A stretch of 61,508 bases of DNA. Source: Rhodobacterales bacterium (lineage in GTDB: Bacteria; Pseudomonadota; Alphaproteobacteria; Rhodobacterales; Rhodobacteraceae). A program made the position numbers and the translations under genes. The stretch is taken from the NCBI GenBank assembly GCA_031396505.1, contig JANNKX010000108.1, positions 1-61,508 on the forward strand, in the 5' to 3' direction. Of this stretch, positions 9,732-18,897 are shown one piece after another (positions within the stretch are counted from its first letter, which is position 1; the number at the start of each line of letters is the position of its first letter). The notes beneath the pieces are model-generated. The model saw only the letters and a list, made by a program, of their open reading frames with translations, did not search any database and had not been told where the DNA came from.

Positions 9732-10679
9732 TTACTCGGTCACACCCAGCGTTTCACGCAAGGCGGCGAGGTCGGTCATATCCTTGGCGACCTGTGCGAC
9801 CGCATCTTCCTGCGACGTCCAATACACGAGCGCCCCGGTTGTCTTGGCGATCTCTTGTGCCTCCGGGCTTGCGATCACCGTTTGCGCGGCTGCGGCGATC
9901 TTGTCTTTTACGTCCTGCGGCGTGCCCTTGGGCACAAACAGGCCGTTCCACAGCGTTGTCTCCAGCCCCGGCACAATTTCGGCCAGTGTCGGCGCGTCCG
10001 GTGTGATCGACGTGCGATCCCCGGTAATCGTCGCCAGCACCTTGATGTCGGCCATGCACGGCAGGATCAGTTGCGCCGTGGTATTGATGACATCGGCATC
10101 CCCATTGGCAAGGGTGGAGCAATCCACTGCGTCAAATGCCGCTTCCGCGCTGAACTTGCCGCCGAGTGTTTGAATTCCAAGGAAAGTCATCAGGGTGGGT
10201 TCCAGCCCGTAACCGAAATGGCCCAGCCGCACCTCATTGCCTTGCGAGTAGTCGGCCATTTCCTGCATCGTCGAATAGGGCGCATCGGCCCGCGTCGCGA
10301 TCAGGAAGGGATAGGTCAGGAAAATACCAATCGGCTCCAACGCACCGGGTGCGATCTGCGCATCTGCGCCCATTGTCTTGATCGTCGGGATACCGATCGT
10401 GAAGGACCCGATCGTATAGCCATCGGGTGCTGCCGAGGCGACCTGCAAGCCACCCACCACGCCGCCGCCGCCGGGTTGGTTCACAACTGCCGCGGGGGCA
10501 CCGTAGGCGTTCTGAAACTCTTCTGCGATCATCCGCGTCAGGACATCTTCGAGGTCACCGGGGGGCCATGGCACCACGAATGTGACCGGCTTTTCCGGAT
10601 ATTCGGCCAGCGCCGCCCCCGTTGTTACGGCTAGCGCCGCAACCAGAACACTTCCCAGCAGTCCAGGTTTCCGCATCAT
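9732..10679 (-). CDS. tctC: Tripartite tricarboxylate transporter substrate-binding protein TctC (Bug family)
   Basis: 315 aa. Signal peptide. YPEKPVTFVVPWPPGG-like N-terminal block and GGGGVVG motif are typical of Bug/TctC binding proteins. Confidence 0.85.
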   Translation of the reverse strand: MMRKPGLLGSVLVAALAVTTGAALAEYPEKPVTFVVPWPPGDLEDVLTRMIAEEFQNAYGAPAAVVNQPGGGGVVGGLQVASAAPDGYTIGSFTIGIPTIKTMGADAQIAPGALEPIGIFLTYPFLIATRADAPYSTMQEMADYSQGNEVRLGHFGYGLEPTLMTFLGIQTLGGKFSAEAAFDAVDCSTLANGDADVINTTAQLILPCMADIKVLATITGDRTSITPDAPTLAEIVPGLETTLWNGLFVPKGTPQDVKDKIAAAAQTVIASPEAQEIAKTTGALVYWTSQEDAVAQVAKDMTDLAALRETLGVTE

Positions 10680-10697
10680 CGCACTCCCTGTGCTATT

Positions 10698-10724
10698 GGT
10701 TCATTATATGAACCGTTGGTTTGA
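10698..10724. promoter_or_regulatory. Palindrome GGTTCAT-TAT-ATGAACC plus adjacent TGAACCGTTGGTT half-palindrome in the tctC/iclR spacer
   Basis: Read directly from the sequence. Lies 19 nt upstream of the tctC start codon (10679) and about 95 nt upstream of iclR ATG 10819. Confidence 0.5.
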
Positions 10725-10818
10725 AAATAAGATTGACAGAGCCGCCCAAGCTCTGTCAACAAAAATGCATGGCAGGTGCGCCTATCCCGGAAAGCCCTGC
10801 CCCAACACGGCGAGACCC

Positions 10819-11604
10819 ATGGGCACGGTGACCAAGGCGCTTGAACTGCTTGATCTGTTCACCCGTGAGCAGGCGCTGATCGGCCTGTCCGAACTCGCCC
10901 GCCAATCCGGCATGAACAAGGCCACCTGCTTTCGCATGATGACGGAAATGCAAGCCCTCGGCCTTGTCGAACAGGCAGGCGCGTCAAAGGCTTACCGCCT
11001 TGGCCCCGCCGTCCTGCGCCTCGCTGCCCTGCGCGAGGCTGCCGTGCCCACCCGCGACGCCGCCATGCCGGTCGTGCAGGCCCTCGCGCGTGAGGTCGGC
11101 GAAACCGCCCACCTGTCCCACATCGTCGGCACGACGCTACGCACGCTCGCCTTTGCCTATTCAGCGGCCCACGGCACCAAGGTGATGATGGAAGATGCCG
11201 ATCTGCTGCCCTTTCACGCCACATCGTCCGGCCTTGCCGTCATGGCGTTTTTGTCCGACGAAAGCGTTGATTCGCTGCTGTCCGGGCCACTTCCCGCCTT
11301 TACTGCAGTGACCCATACCAACCCTGCACAAGTCCGCGCGCAGCTTGCAACGATCCGCCTGACCGGATGGTCAGAAACCCATGCCACATTTGAGGCGGAT
11401 GTACGTTCCGTCGCGGTGCCGCTGTTTGATGCTTCGGGTGGCTGCACAGGGGCCATCGGCATCGCCGCCCCCGCCGCCCGCGTCACCCCCGCGCTGCATG
11501 CCCAGATGGTTACGTCGCTGATGCGCGCAGGAGCCGAAATTACTGCACTGTGGGGCGGCCGCTTGCCCCCCGCGCTGAAAGATGCCTGGACAACCGCCGC
11601 CTGA
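10819..11604 (+). CDS. IclR-family transcriptional regulator
   Basis: Start at ATG 10819 (MGTVTKALELLDLF...), a typical IclR HTH N-terminus, followed by an IclR effector domain. Upstream part of the listed ORF overlaps tctC. Confidence 0.85.
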   Translation: MGTVTKALELLDLFTREQALIGLSELARQSGMNKATCFRMMTEMQALGLVEQAGASKAYRLGPAVLRLAALREAAVPTRDAAMPVVQALAREVGETAHLSHIVGTTLRTLAFAYSAAHGTKVMMEDADLLPFHATSSGLAVMAFLSDESVDSLLSGPLPAFTAVTHTNPAQVRAQLATIRLTGWSETHATFEADVRSVAVPLFDASGGCTGAIGIAAPAARVTPALHAQMVTSLMRAGAEITALWGGRLPPALKDAWTTAA

Positions 11605-11620
11605 TGGAAAGGACCAAGTC

Positions 11621-12976
11621 GTGAAAGACGAAAATTACCTCAAGGCAAACAACGCGCGCAGCTTCTGGCACCCGATGACCGCGCCTTCCGACAGCCACAA
11701 AAACCCGCCGACGATCATCACTGAGGCGCATGGCGTGCGCATCCGCGATATCGACGGGCACGAGGTGGTGGATGCGGTGGGCGGCCTGTGGAACGTCAAC
11801 CTTGGCTATTCCTGCGCCCCCGTGAAGGCCGCCATCGCCGCACAACTTGACCGTCTGCCCTATTATTCGACGTTTCGCGGCACCTCGAATGATTGCGTCA
11901 TCGAACTGGCGGAAATCCTGCGCGCTTTCTTTGCGCCTGACGGCATGGCGCGCGCCTTCTTTACGTCGGGCGGGTCGGATTCTGTGGAAACCGCCCTGCG
12001 CCTTGCCCGGCAATATCACAAGATCAAAGGCGACCCGGGCCGCACCAAGTTTCTGTCCCTGAAAAAGGGGTATCACGGCACCCATATGGGCGGTGCGTCC
12101 GTGAACGGAAATGCGAACTTCCGCACCATGTATGAACCGCTATTGCCGGGTTGTTTCCATATCCCGGCCCCCTATACCTATCGCAATCCGTTCAATGAGG
12201 CCGACCCCGCGCGCCTTGCGCAACTGTGCCTGCAAGCGCTGGAAGATGAGATTGCGTTTCAGGGTGCCGCCACCATCGCCGCTTTCATCATGGAACCGAT
12301 CCTGGGCGCAGGCGGTGTGATCCCCCCGCATCACAGCTTCATGCCAGGGGTGGAGGCGATCTGCCGCAAACACGGCATCCTTCTGATATCCGATGAAGTG
12401 ATCACAGCCTTTGGCCGTACAGGCGCGAAGTCAGGTTCACGGCTGTGGGGGGTAAAGCCGGATTTCATGTGCTGTGCCAAGGCGATCACCAATGGCTATT
12501 TCCCCTTCGGTGCGGTGATGATCGCCGACAGAGTGGCCGAGGTGTTCGAAGCCGATGAGACCGGAAAAGCCGCCATCGGGCACGGATACACCTATTCCGG
12601 GCATCCGGTCGGGGCGGCAGCGGCAATTGCGTGTATGGCTGAAACGGAGCGGCTGCAGGTGTGGGATAACGCGGCCTTGCGCGGGGCAGAGCTGTTTGCC
12701 GGGCTGAAAGCCCTGCAAATGCGCCACGATGTGATCGGCGATGTGCGCGGAGGTCATGGATTGATGCTGGCGCTGGAGTTGGTCGGCGATCCTGCGACTA
12801 AGTCCGCGCCGGAAAAGACGGTGGCCGTCCGCGTACAGGCGGCCACCTATGCAGCAGGTGCCATGGTGCGGGTCAGCGGGCCGAACATGATCCTGTCGCC
12901 GCCCCTGGTTCTGACCACTGCGGATGTGCAGGTCATTCTTGGCGCGTTGGAGGCGGGACTTTCGGCGATCAGTTAA
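11621..12976 (+). CDS. Class-III (omega-type) aminotransferase, PLP-dependent
   Basis: Blocks FWHPM, GGSDSVETA and DEVITAFGRTG, with PLP-lysine context CCAKAITNGY. GTG 11621 is preceded by GAAAGGA and lies just after the iclR stop. ATG 11582 is an alternative start. Confidence 0.85.
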   Translation: MKDENYLKANNARSFWHPMTAPSDSHKNPPTIITEAHGVRIRDIDGHEVVDAVGGLWNVNLGYSCAPVKAAIAAQLDRLPYYSTFRGTSNDCVIELAEILRAFFAPDGMARAFFTSGGSDSVETALRLARQYHKIKGDPGRTKFLSLKKGYHGTHMGGASVNGNANFRTMYEPLLPGCFHIPAPYTYRNPFNEADPARLAQLCLQALEDEIAFQGAATIAAFIMEPILGAGGVIPPHHSFMPGVEAICRKHGILLISDEVITAFGRTGAKSGSRLWGVKPDFMCCAKAITNGYFPFGAVMIADRVAEVFEADETGKAAIGHGYTYSGHPVGAAAAIACMAETERLQVWDNAALRGAELFAGLKALQMRHDVIGDVRGGHGLMLALELVGDPATKSAPEKTVAVRVQAATYAAGAMVRVSGPNMILSPPLVLTTADVQVILGALEAGLSAIS

Positions 12977-14063
12977 CGATGAATTCGGCGTGCAGCGCAC
13001 CTGCGGCATTGATGCTTTTCAGGATGTCGATCATGTCGTTCGGGGCGACACCAAGCGCGTTCAACCCGGCCACCACTTGCGACAAATCTGTACCGGCCTG
13101 CACCTCGGCCAGACCTGTGCCGCCCGATTGGTCGATACTGGCGGAAGAACGCGGCACGACAATGGTTTCGCCTTCGCTGAACGGGTTCGGCTGCACGACC
13201 ACAGGGGTCTCTTCGACGCGGAGGGTCAGGTTTCCCTGGGCCACAGCAACGCGGCTGATGCGGACATCCGCACCCATGACGATGGTGCCTGAACGCTGGT
13301 CGACAATCACGCGGGCGCGCGTTTCGGGTTCCACCACCAGATTTTCAATTCGCCCGATTACATGCGCAGGCGAGGCCATGTTGGCGCGTTCAAGATCCAT
13401 CGCCACTGTGCCCGCATCCAGCATGAAGGCGACGCCCTGACCGAATTCCTGATTGATCACGCCTTCGATACGCGCGGCGGTGGTGAAATCGGGGCTACGC
13501 AGGGCAAGGCGGATCGTGGTCAGCGTCGTAAAATCAAACTCCACCTCACGTTCCACGCGGGCACCAGATGGGATCATGCCAGCGGTCGGCACGCCCTGAA
13601 CGACGCGCGCGGCCTCGCCTTCTGCCGAAACACCGCCTGCAATGATCGTGCCTTGGGCGACGGCATAAATCTGGCCGTCGGCCGCGTTCAGCGGTGTCAT
13701 GATCAGGGTGCCGCCAAGCAGGCTTTTGGCATCGCCTATGGCAGAAATTGTCACATCGATCTGCCCGCCTGCACGGGCAAAGGGTGGCAGGGTCGCCGTT
13801 ACAAACACCGCCGCCACGTTTTTGGGGCGAAAGTTTTCGCCCGTGACATTTACGCCCAACCGCTCAAGCAGGTTTGACATGATCTCTTCGGTGAAAGGCG
13901 CGTTGCGCAATCCATCGCCCGTACCATTCAGGCCGACGACAAGGCCGTACCCCACCAGATCGTTGCCGCGCACGCCGTCGAATTCGACAAGGTCCTTCAG
14001 GCGGATGGGTTCGGCGGCGGCGGGCAGTGCGGTCAGTAAACAGATGAAAAGCATCCGGATCAT
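12969..14063 (-). CDS. flgI: Flagellar P-ring protein FlgI
   Basis: 364 aa. Signal peptide. Hallmark RGNDLVGYGLVVGLNGTGD block. Confidence 0.95.
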   Translation of the reverse strand: MIRMLFICLLTALPAAAEPIRLKDLVEFDGVRGNDLVGYGLVVGLNGTGDGLRNAPFTEEIMSNLLERLGVNVTGENFRPKNVAAVFVTATLPPFARAGGQIDVTISAIGDAKSLLGGTLIMTPLNAADGQIYAVAQGTIIAGGVSAEGEAARVVQGVPTAGMIPSGARVEREVEFDFTTLTTIRLALRSPDFTTAARIEGVINQEFGQGVAFMLDAGTVAMDLERANMASPAHVIGRIENLVVEPETRARVIVDQRSGTIVMGADVRISRVAVAQGNLTLRVEETPVVVQPNPFSEGETIVVPRSSASIDQSGGTGLAEVQAGTDLSQVVAGLNALGVAPNDMIDILKSINAAGALHAEFIVN

Positions 14064-15064
14064 CGCAGAAAATCCACAAGGTTCAGGCGCGAAAGGCGCG
14101 CGGTGATTGTATAGAGAGATTCGAGTTTGCCCTGCGCCTCTTGCAGGCGGGCGGCAGCCTCATACGGATCAACGGCAAGCAGTTCGGCGCGGGAGATTTG
14201 CAGGGCGGTGGTTTCCGCCTCATTCCGGACGCGGGCCGATTCGATCTGCCCTTCGGTCGTGCCAAGGCGGCCTGCCATCAAGGCGCGGCTGTTTTGACCC
14301 GTCGCCAGACTTTCGCCTGCACGGCGCAGAAGGCCGGCTTGGGTCTGCGGACTGCCTGCAAACAGACCGCGGTCCAGAAGGGCGGCCATGCCGAAGCCTT
14401 TCAGTGTTTCGCGAATTGCGGGGTCGGCGGCGGTGACATCAATACGGGCAGTTTGTCCTGGACCAACAGGCAAACCCGCGAGAGCCTGCCCGCCCAGATA
14501 GCCCGTGGCAGCAAAACCTGTGGGGCTGGCGAACCATGCATCCAGCGCGGTTTCCACATCGGCCGCACTGACAGCGCCGGCAACGGCGGCTTCCATTTCC
14601 GCCAGCAACACGTCTGCCTTGGCAAGTGGAGAACGGGCGGTTTCGACACCTCCAAAGATCGCACGGTCGCCAAGGCGGGTATTATACAGACTGACAGCGG
14701 TTTCAAAGGATTGTCGCCCTTCGCCCGCTGCCGTCAGGACGGACCCGGTGTTGCCCGCGGTGGCAGTCGACAAAAACGTCGGCGCAAGGCTGGTGGCCAT
14801 ATCCTGCACCGATGACAGCGCGGTCTGCATGGCCCCGGTAAAAAACCCGGCCTCATGCGCGGCACGGGTATAGCTGCCCAGCCGCGCAAGCGCGCTGTCA
14901 ATGCCTGTGAGCGCAGATACGTCGCCCGCCAGATGTTGACCGATGTTGGCGGTTTGGCCGGTTGTCACCTCGGTTGACAGGCGGGTAACGTCGGCTTTGA
15001 GGTCGGCATTCTGCCGCCGCAGCATCAGGGATTGTGCAAGATCGCCAACAGAGGTGATGTTCAT
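14060..15064 (-). CDS. flgL: Flagellar hook-associated protein 3 FlgL
   Basis: 334 aa with flagellin-like N- and C-terminal helices. Position is directly after flgK. 4-nt overlap with flgI. Confidence 0.8.
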   Translation of the reverse strand: MNITSVGDLAQSLMLRRQNADLKADVTRLSTEVTTGQTANIGQHLAGDVSALTGIDSALARLGSYTRAAHEAGFFTGAMQTALSSVQDMATSLAPTFLSTATAGNTGSVLTAAGEGRQSFETAVSLYNTRLGDRAIFGGVETARSPLAKADVLLAEMEAAVAGAVSAADVETALDAWFASPTGFAATGYLGGQALAGLPVGPGQTARIDVTAADPAIRETLKGFGMAALLDRGLFAGSPQTQAGLLRRAGESLATGQNSRALMAGRLGTTEGQIESARVRNEAETTALQISRAELLAVDPYEAAARLQEAQGKLESLYTITARLSRLNLVDFLR

Positions 15065-15067
15065 GGC

Positions 15068-16525
15068 TTACAACCCGATCAGAATCTGGATGAGGTCATC
15101 CACGGTCCGGACGACGCGGGCATTTGCGGCATAGGCCTGTTCGATCGTCAGCAGCTTTTGCATTTCCTGATCAGTATCAACACCTTGTGCATTTTGCAGA
15201 TCTGTCAGGCTGTCAGCGCGGCTGCGCGCATAGCCAAGATCGCTTTCTGCCGAAATCCGGGCAGAGGCGGCAAGGGATGACAAATCACCGCTCAACGCAG
15301 CAAAGCTGCGCGGGCCGCTTGCAAAGGGCCCGGACGCAGTGGCGCGAGGGGCGGTCAGCGCACCGTGCAAAGCAGAGAGCAACGCACTGTCGCCGGGGGG
15401 GCCTTGCGTGACGGCACCCAGTCCGTCGCGCAGACGCCAAAGCGCGCCGCGCTGATCAGGGTCGGCGGCGGCGTTGATGGTCAGACGAGCGGAAAGGCCA
15501 ACTTCATCCAGCGGATCAAAAGCAGCCCCATTATCCGTCAGCAGGCCGGGGCTGCCCGGCGCACGAGTGCCGTCGCGCACGGGATCTTCCAGCCGTTCCA
15601 TCAGGTTGCGGGCGACGGCATCAAGACTGGCTTGCGCTTTGATCCCCAGATCATCCCGAATGGCGAAATGTGCGGCTAGCGTACCACCATCCACAGCGCC
15701 GGGTGGCGTGTTCAGGGCGACGGGGCGGCCATTTACGGTCAGGCCGGACAGGGCACCGGAGGCCAGCGTCATGTCGGCGGTGATGGTGTTGGTCGCGGTG
15801 AAGCCAAAGGTGGCGGCGCGACCATCCAGCAGAGTTGTGCCGCCTGCCGTGATCAAGGCGATCTGGTCATTGTCACGCTGCAGTTCGCGGATTGGGACAA
15901 TCGTGGCGATGTCGTCGATCATTTTTTGCCGCTGGTCCATCAGGCCCGCCGCGTCATTACCGCTGGCCTTGGCGGCGCGGATCAGAACGTTAAGTTCCTG
16001 CACCTTGGTCAGCCCGTCATTCAGGCGGCGCACATCGGTTGCAATTTTGCCATCGGCCCGGCTGCGGGCCTGTTGAATACTGTCGGACGCGGCGGCGAAA
16101 CCGTTGGTGACTTGGCGCAGTGAAGTGTGCAAATTGGAAAGGCGCGCCTCGCTGTCGGGGCGGCTTGCGGCCTCGACCAATGCGCTTTCAACGGCGGCGA
16201 TACGCCCGCTGATGGAACCGGCATCGGCTGACGTGCCGATCACCGATTCCACGTCGCGGTGAAACCGCAGCAAGGTATCGCGCCCTCCGGCACTGGCGTC
16301 GGCCATGCGCCGATCGGAAAGCAGGGCGCGGTCAATGACGCGGTCGGTCCCGACAATGGCGACACCCTGACCGACGCTGCCGACAACCCGCGCGCCCAAC
16401 TGCAATTCGCGCCGCGCGTAAGACGGGTTGGTGGCGTTGGCCACATTGTTGGCGACAAGTTCGGCACCTTTTGCGGCCGCGCTTAGGCCGGAAAGGGCGC
16501 TGGTCAGGCTGGCAGAAATACTCAT
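15068..16525 (-). CDS. flgK: Flagellar hook-associated protein 1 FlgK
   Basis: 485 aa. N-terminal rod/hook consensus (LSGLSAAAKGAELVANNVANATNPSYARR) and conserved C-terminal helix (EMQKLLTIEQAYAANARV). Confidence 0.9.
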   Translation of the reverse strand: MSISASLTSALSGLSAAAKGAELVANNVANATNPSYARRELQLGARVVGSVGQGVAIVGTDRVIDRALLSDRRMADASAGGRDTLLRFHRDVESVIGTSADAGSISGRIAAVESALVEAASRPDSEARLSNLHTSLRQVTNGFAAASDSIQQARSRADGKIATDVRRLNDGLTKVQELNVLIRAAKASGNDAAGLMDQRQKMIDDIATIVPIRELQRDNDQIALITAGGTTLLDGRAATFGFTATNTITADMTLASGALSGLTVNGRPVALNTPPGAVDGGTLAAHFAIRDDLGIKAQASLDAVARNLMERLEDPVRDGTRAPGSPGLLTDNGAAFDPLDEVGLSARLTINAAADPDQRGALWRLRDGLGAVTQGPPGDSALLSALHGALTAPRATASGPFASGPRSFAALSGDLSSLAASARISAESDLGYARSRADSLTDLQNAQGVDTDQEMQKLLTIEQAYAANARVVRTVDDLIQILIGL

Positions 16526-16534
16526 CTGCCCGAC

Positions 16535-17839
16535 CTATCGTTTGATGTTCGTGGTTTCCTGCAACATCTCGTCCACGGTCTGGATCACCTTGGCGTTGGA
16601 TGAATAGGCGCGTTGCGTCTGAATCAGGGCGGTCAGTTCGGCGGCGACATCGGTGGTGGACCCTTCGCGGGCAAACCCCACGACGGCACCTGTCGGCCCA
16701 TCGCCAGCGTCCCAAAGAAAGAAAGAACCGGATTGTGGCGAAACCTGAAACGTCTGGTTGTTCAGCGCGACTAGGCCATTGGGATTTGGCACGTCAACCA
16801 GCGGAATCTGATAAATGCGCCGGATAAAGCCGGTGTCATAAGTGGCGGAGATATAGCCGTTTTCATCAATCTCGACGGCAGTCAGGTTGCCGACGGGCGA
16901 GCCATCTTTAGAAATTGAGGTTGGCGAAAAGGTGTCGGAAAGTTGTGTCAGACCATTCGGGTCACCGGTGCGCCCAATGGTCACCGTCAAGGGTCCACCA
17001 GCCACTGTCAGGGCCAAGGTGCCATCTGTCGCGTTATAAGCGCCGCCCGACAATGTCGTGACGGAAGCCAGCGTGCCACCTGCGCCGCGCGAATCGTCAA
17101 ATACCAGCGTGTACTGCCCGATCATTGCGCCGTTCTGGGCCGAATCGCGGATTTCCATCGTCCAGCTGTTGGAAGACCCGGTCGCAGGCACGATGGGGGT
17201 AAAGGTGACATCAAGCGATTCGGATGTGCCAAGATTGCCGAAGTATTCCACTGACAGCGGCAGCGGGCCACCGACCGACCCGGCCTCGGTCTGGGTGGCA
17301 GGCAGATTAACACCCAGACCCATGGTCGTGGTCGGATCGCCGGCCTGCTGGTTGGCATTGATGATCACGGGCCGAAGTCCACCCACCGTATCACGCGCAT
17401 TGGTGGGGATCGTGCCATCTGCATTGGCAGGCCAACCCAGCAGAACAAGCCCGGAATCGGTGCGCAAGACGCCTTCTGCGTCGGGACGGAAGGCCCCTGT
17501 CGTCGTCATCATCATGGGCTGATCGCCCTGAATGCCAACATCAACGGACTGGATCACGGGCAGCATGCCGCGTCCTGAAATCGCAAGGTCAAGAGCGTTG
17601 GCCGTGCCTACAAGTGCGCCGCGTTCATCAATCAGGCGTGTGCTGGAAGCCCGCACGCCACCTGCCGAATAGACCCCGGCGCGCGCGCCATTGGTGATGA
17701 CCATGCTTTCAAATTCGGCAGACGCCCGTTTGTAGCCATATGTCCCTGAATTGGCTATGTTGTCAGCAATAGTGGCGAGCCTGGTGGCATTGGCATTCAA
17801 GCCTGCAACCCCCGCATTCAGCGAAGAGGAAATAGTCAT
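16535..17839 (-). CDS. flgE: Flagellar hook protein FlgE
   Basis: 434 aa. N-terminal SSLNAGVAGLNANATRLATIADNIANSGTYGYKR and C-terminal LIQTQRAYSSNAKVIQT motifs. Confidence 0.92.
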   Translation of the reverse strand: MTISSSLNAGVAGLNANATRLATIADNIANSGTYGYKRASAEFESMVITNGARAGVYSAGGVRASSTRLIDERGALVGTANALDLAISGRGMLPVIQSVDVGIQGDQPMMMTTTGAFRPDAEGVLRTDSGLVLLGWPANADGTIPTNARDTVGGLRPVIINANQQAGDPTTTMGLGVNLPATQTEAGSVGGPLPLSVEYFGNLGTSESLDVTFTPIVPATGSSNSWTMEIRDSAQNGAMIGQYTLVFDDSRGAGGTLASVTTLSGGAYNATDGTLALTVAGGPLTVTIGRTGDPNGLTQLSDTFSPTSISKDGSPVGNLTAVEIDENGYISATYDTGFIRRIYQIPLVDVPNPNGLVALNNQTFQVSPQSGSFFLWDAGDGPTGAVVGFAREGSTTDVAAELTALIQTQRAYSSNAKVIQTVDEMLQETTNIKR

Positions 17840-17896
17840 CGTTTGGCACCTTTCTGCGCTTGCGACCTATCTTGCCGCAAACCTGCACCTTGCGCC

Positions 17897-17912
17897 GTTA
17901 ACACCGCCCTAA
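17897..17912 (-). promoter_or_regulatory. CtrA-type box candidate (TTAG-N7-TTAAC) upstream of flgE
   Basis: Minus strand reads TTAGGGCGGTGTTAAC, 58-73 nt upstream of the flgE ATG (17839). Confidence 0.4.
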
Positions 17913-17931
17913 TGGTTCAAATTTGAAGTAT

Positions 17932-18774
17932 TCAGCGGTCCCGCCGCAACAGAACGATTTCCATGCGATTGTTGCGCACAGCCGTGGGATCGGTGGTTGC
18001 AGGCTTGCGGTCGGCATAACCTGTCACGCGCTGCATCCGAGCTGGCGGCAAATTTTCGGCCTCGAGCATCAGGCGCAGGGCTTGTGCGCGGTCGGCCGAC
18101 AGGGGCCAGATCGGATTTTCAATCAGCATAATTGGATGTGACCGGACATAGCCATTGACGGCGATTTCGTTCGTAGAGACGGCCAAAACTTCGGCCAACA
18201 TGATGGCAAGGGCGCGACCCTCATCGGACAATTCGGCGGAGTCACCCACAAAAATCGGAGCATCCGGCAAATCGAAGAGTTCGACAACCAGCCCTTCATC
18301 GGTGACCCGCGTCACAATGTGGCGCAGCAACTGCTCCATTGTATTGCTTTCACCGCCACGCGCCTGCAAAGCCTGTTCGACAGCGGCCATTTCCTGTGCC
18401 GCCGCTTCGGCTGCGGCGGCCTCTGCCGTTCCAGTATCGCCACGGGCGTGGTCACTGTCGGCAGGCTGTGGCGCACTGGACCCGGTGCCCGTCTGCGCAA
18501 GAGTTTCTTCGGAAAACACCGAGTCCCCGCCAAAGGCACCGTCACCCCCACCAGAGACGCGGTTGATCGGAATCGTCGGATTAAAGTAATCCGCGATCCC
18601 CTTGCGTTGTTTTTCGTTCGTTGCGCCCAGCAGCCACATCAACATGAAGAAGGCCATCATGGCCGTCACAAAGTCGGCATAGGCAACTTTCCACGCACCC
18701 CCGTGGTGGCCGCCGCCCTGAATGACCTTCTTCCGTTTGATGATGACTGGCGCGGCATTTCCTTGCCCAGCCAT
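17932..18774 (-). CDS. motB: Flagellar stator protein MotB (OmpA-like C-terminal domain)
   Basis: Start at ATG 18774 (MAGQGNAAPVIIKRKKV...GGAWKVAYADFVTAMMAFFMLMWL), the classic MotB plug/TM region. OmpA-like C-terminus. Confidence 0.9.
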   Translation of the reverse strand: MAGQGNAAPVIIKRKKVIQGGGHHGGAWKVAYADFVTAMMAFFMLMWLLGATNEKQRKGIADYFNPTIPINRVSGGGDGAFGGDSVFSEETLAQTGTGSSAPQPADSDHARGDTGTAEAAAAEAAAQEMAAVEQALQARGGESNTMEQLLRHIVTRVTDEGLVVELFDLPDAPIFVGDSAELSDEGRALAIMLAEVLAVSTNEIAVNGYVRSHPIMLIENPIWPLSADRAQALRLMLEAENLPPARMQRVTGYADRKPATTDPTAVRNNRMEIVLLRRDR

Positions 18775-18881
18775 TCCCACACCTGTTTTCAACACCCAAG
18801 ACCGAACATGCGCGCAGGGCGTAAAGATGCCGTAAAATTTCGGGGCGCGCATCGCGCAACACACTGCAATCACATCGGTTT

Positions 18882-18897
18882 TTAGACGAGTTTTAAC
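18882..18897. promoter_or_regulatory. CtrA-type box candidate (TTAG-N7-TTAAC) upstream of motB, overlapping the hlyD-family stop codon
   Basis: Plus strand reads TTAGACGAGTTTTAAC, 108-123 nt upstream of the motB ATG (18774). Confidence 0.35.

Noticed and set aside
17844-17858. TGGCAC-N5-TGC, resembling a sigma-54 -24/-12 promoter next to flgE
   Set aside because: It lies on the plus strand, pointing away from flgE, and it overlaps the flgE ribosome-binding region on the other strand. GG-to-GC spacing is 9 nt rather than 10. The minus-strand GGTGCAGGTTTGC nearby has the same spacing defect.
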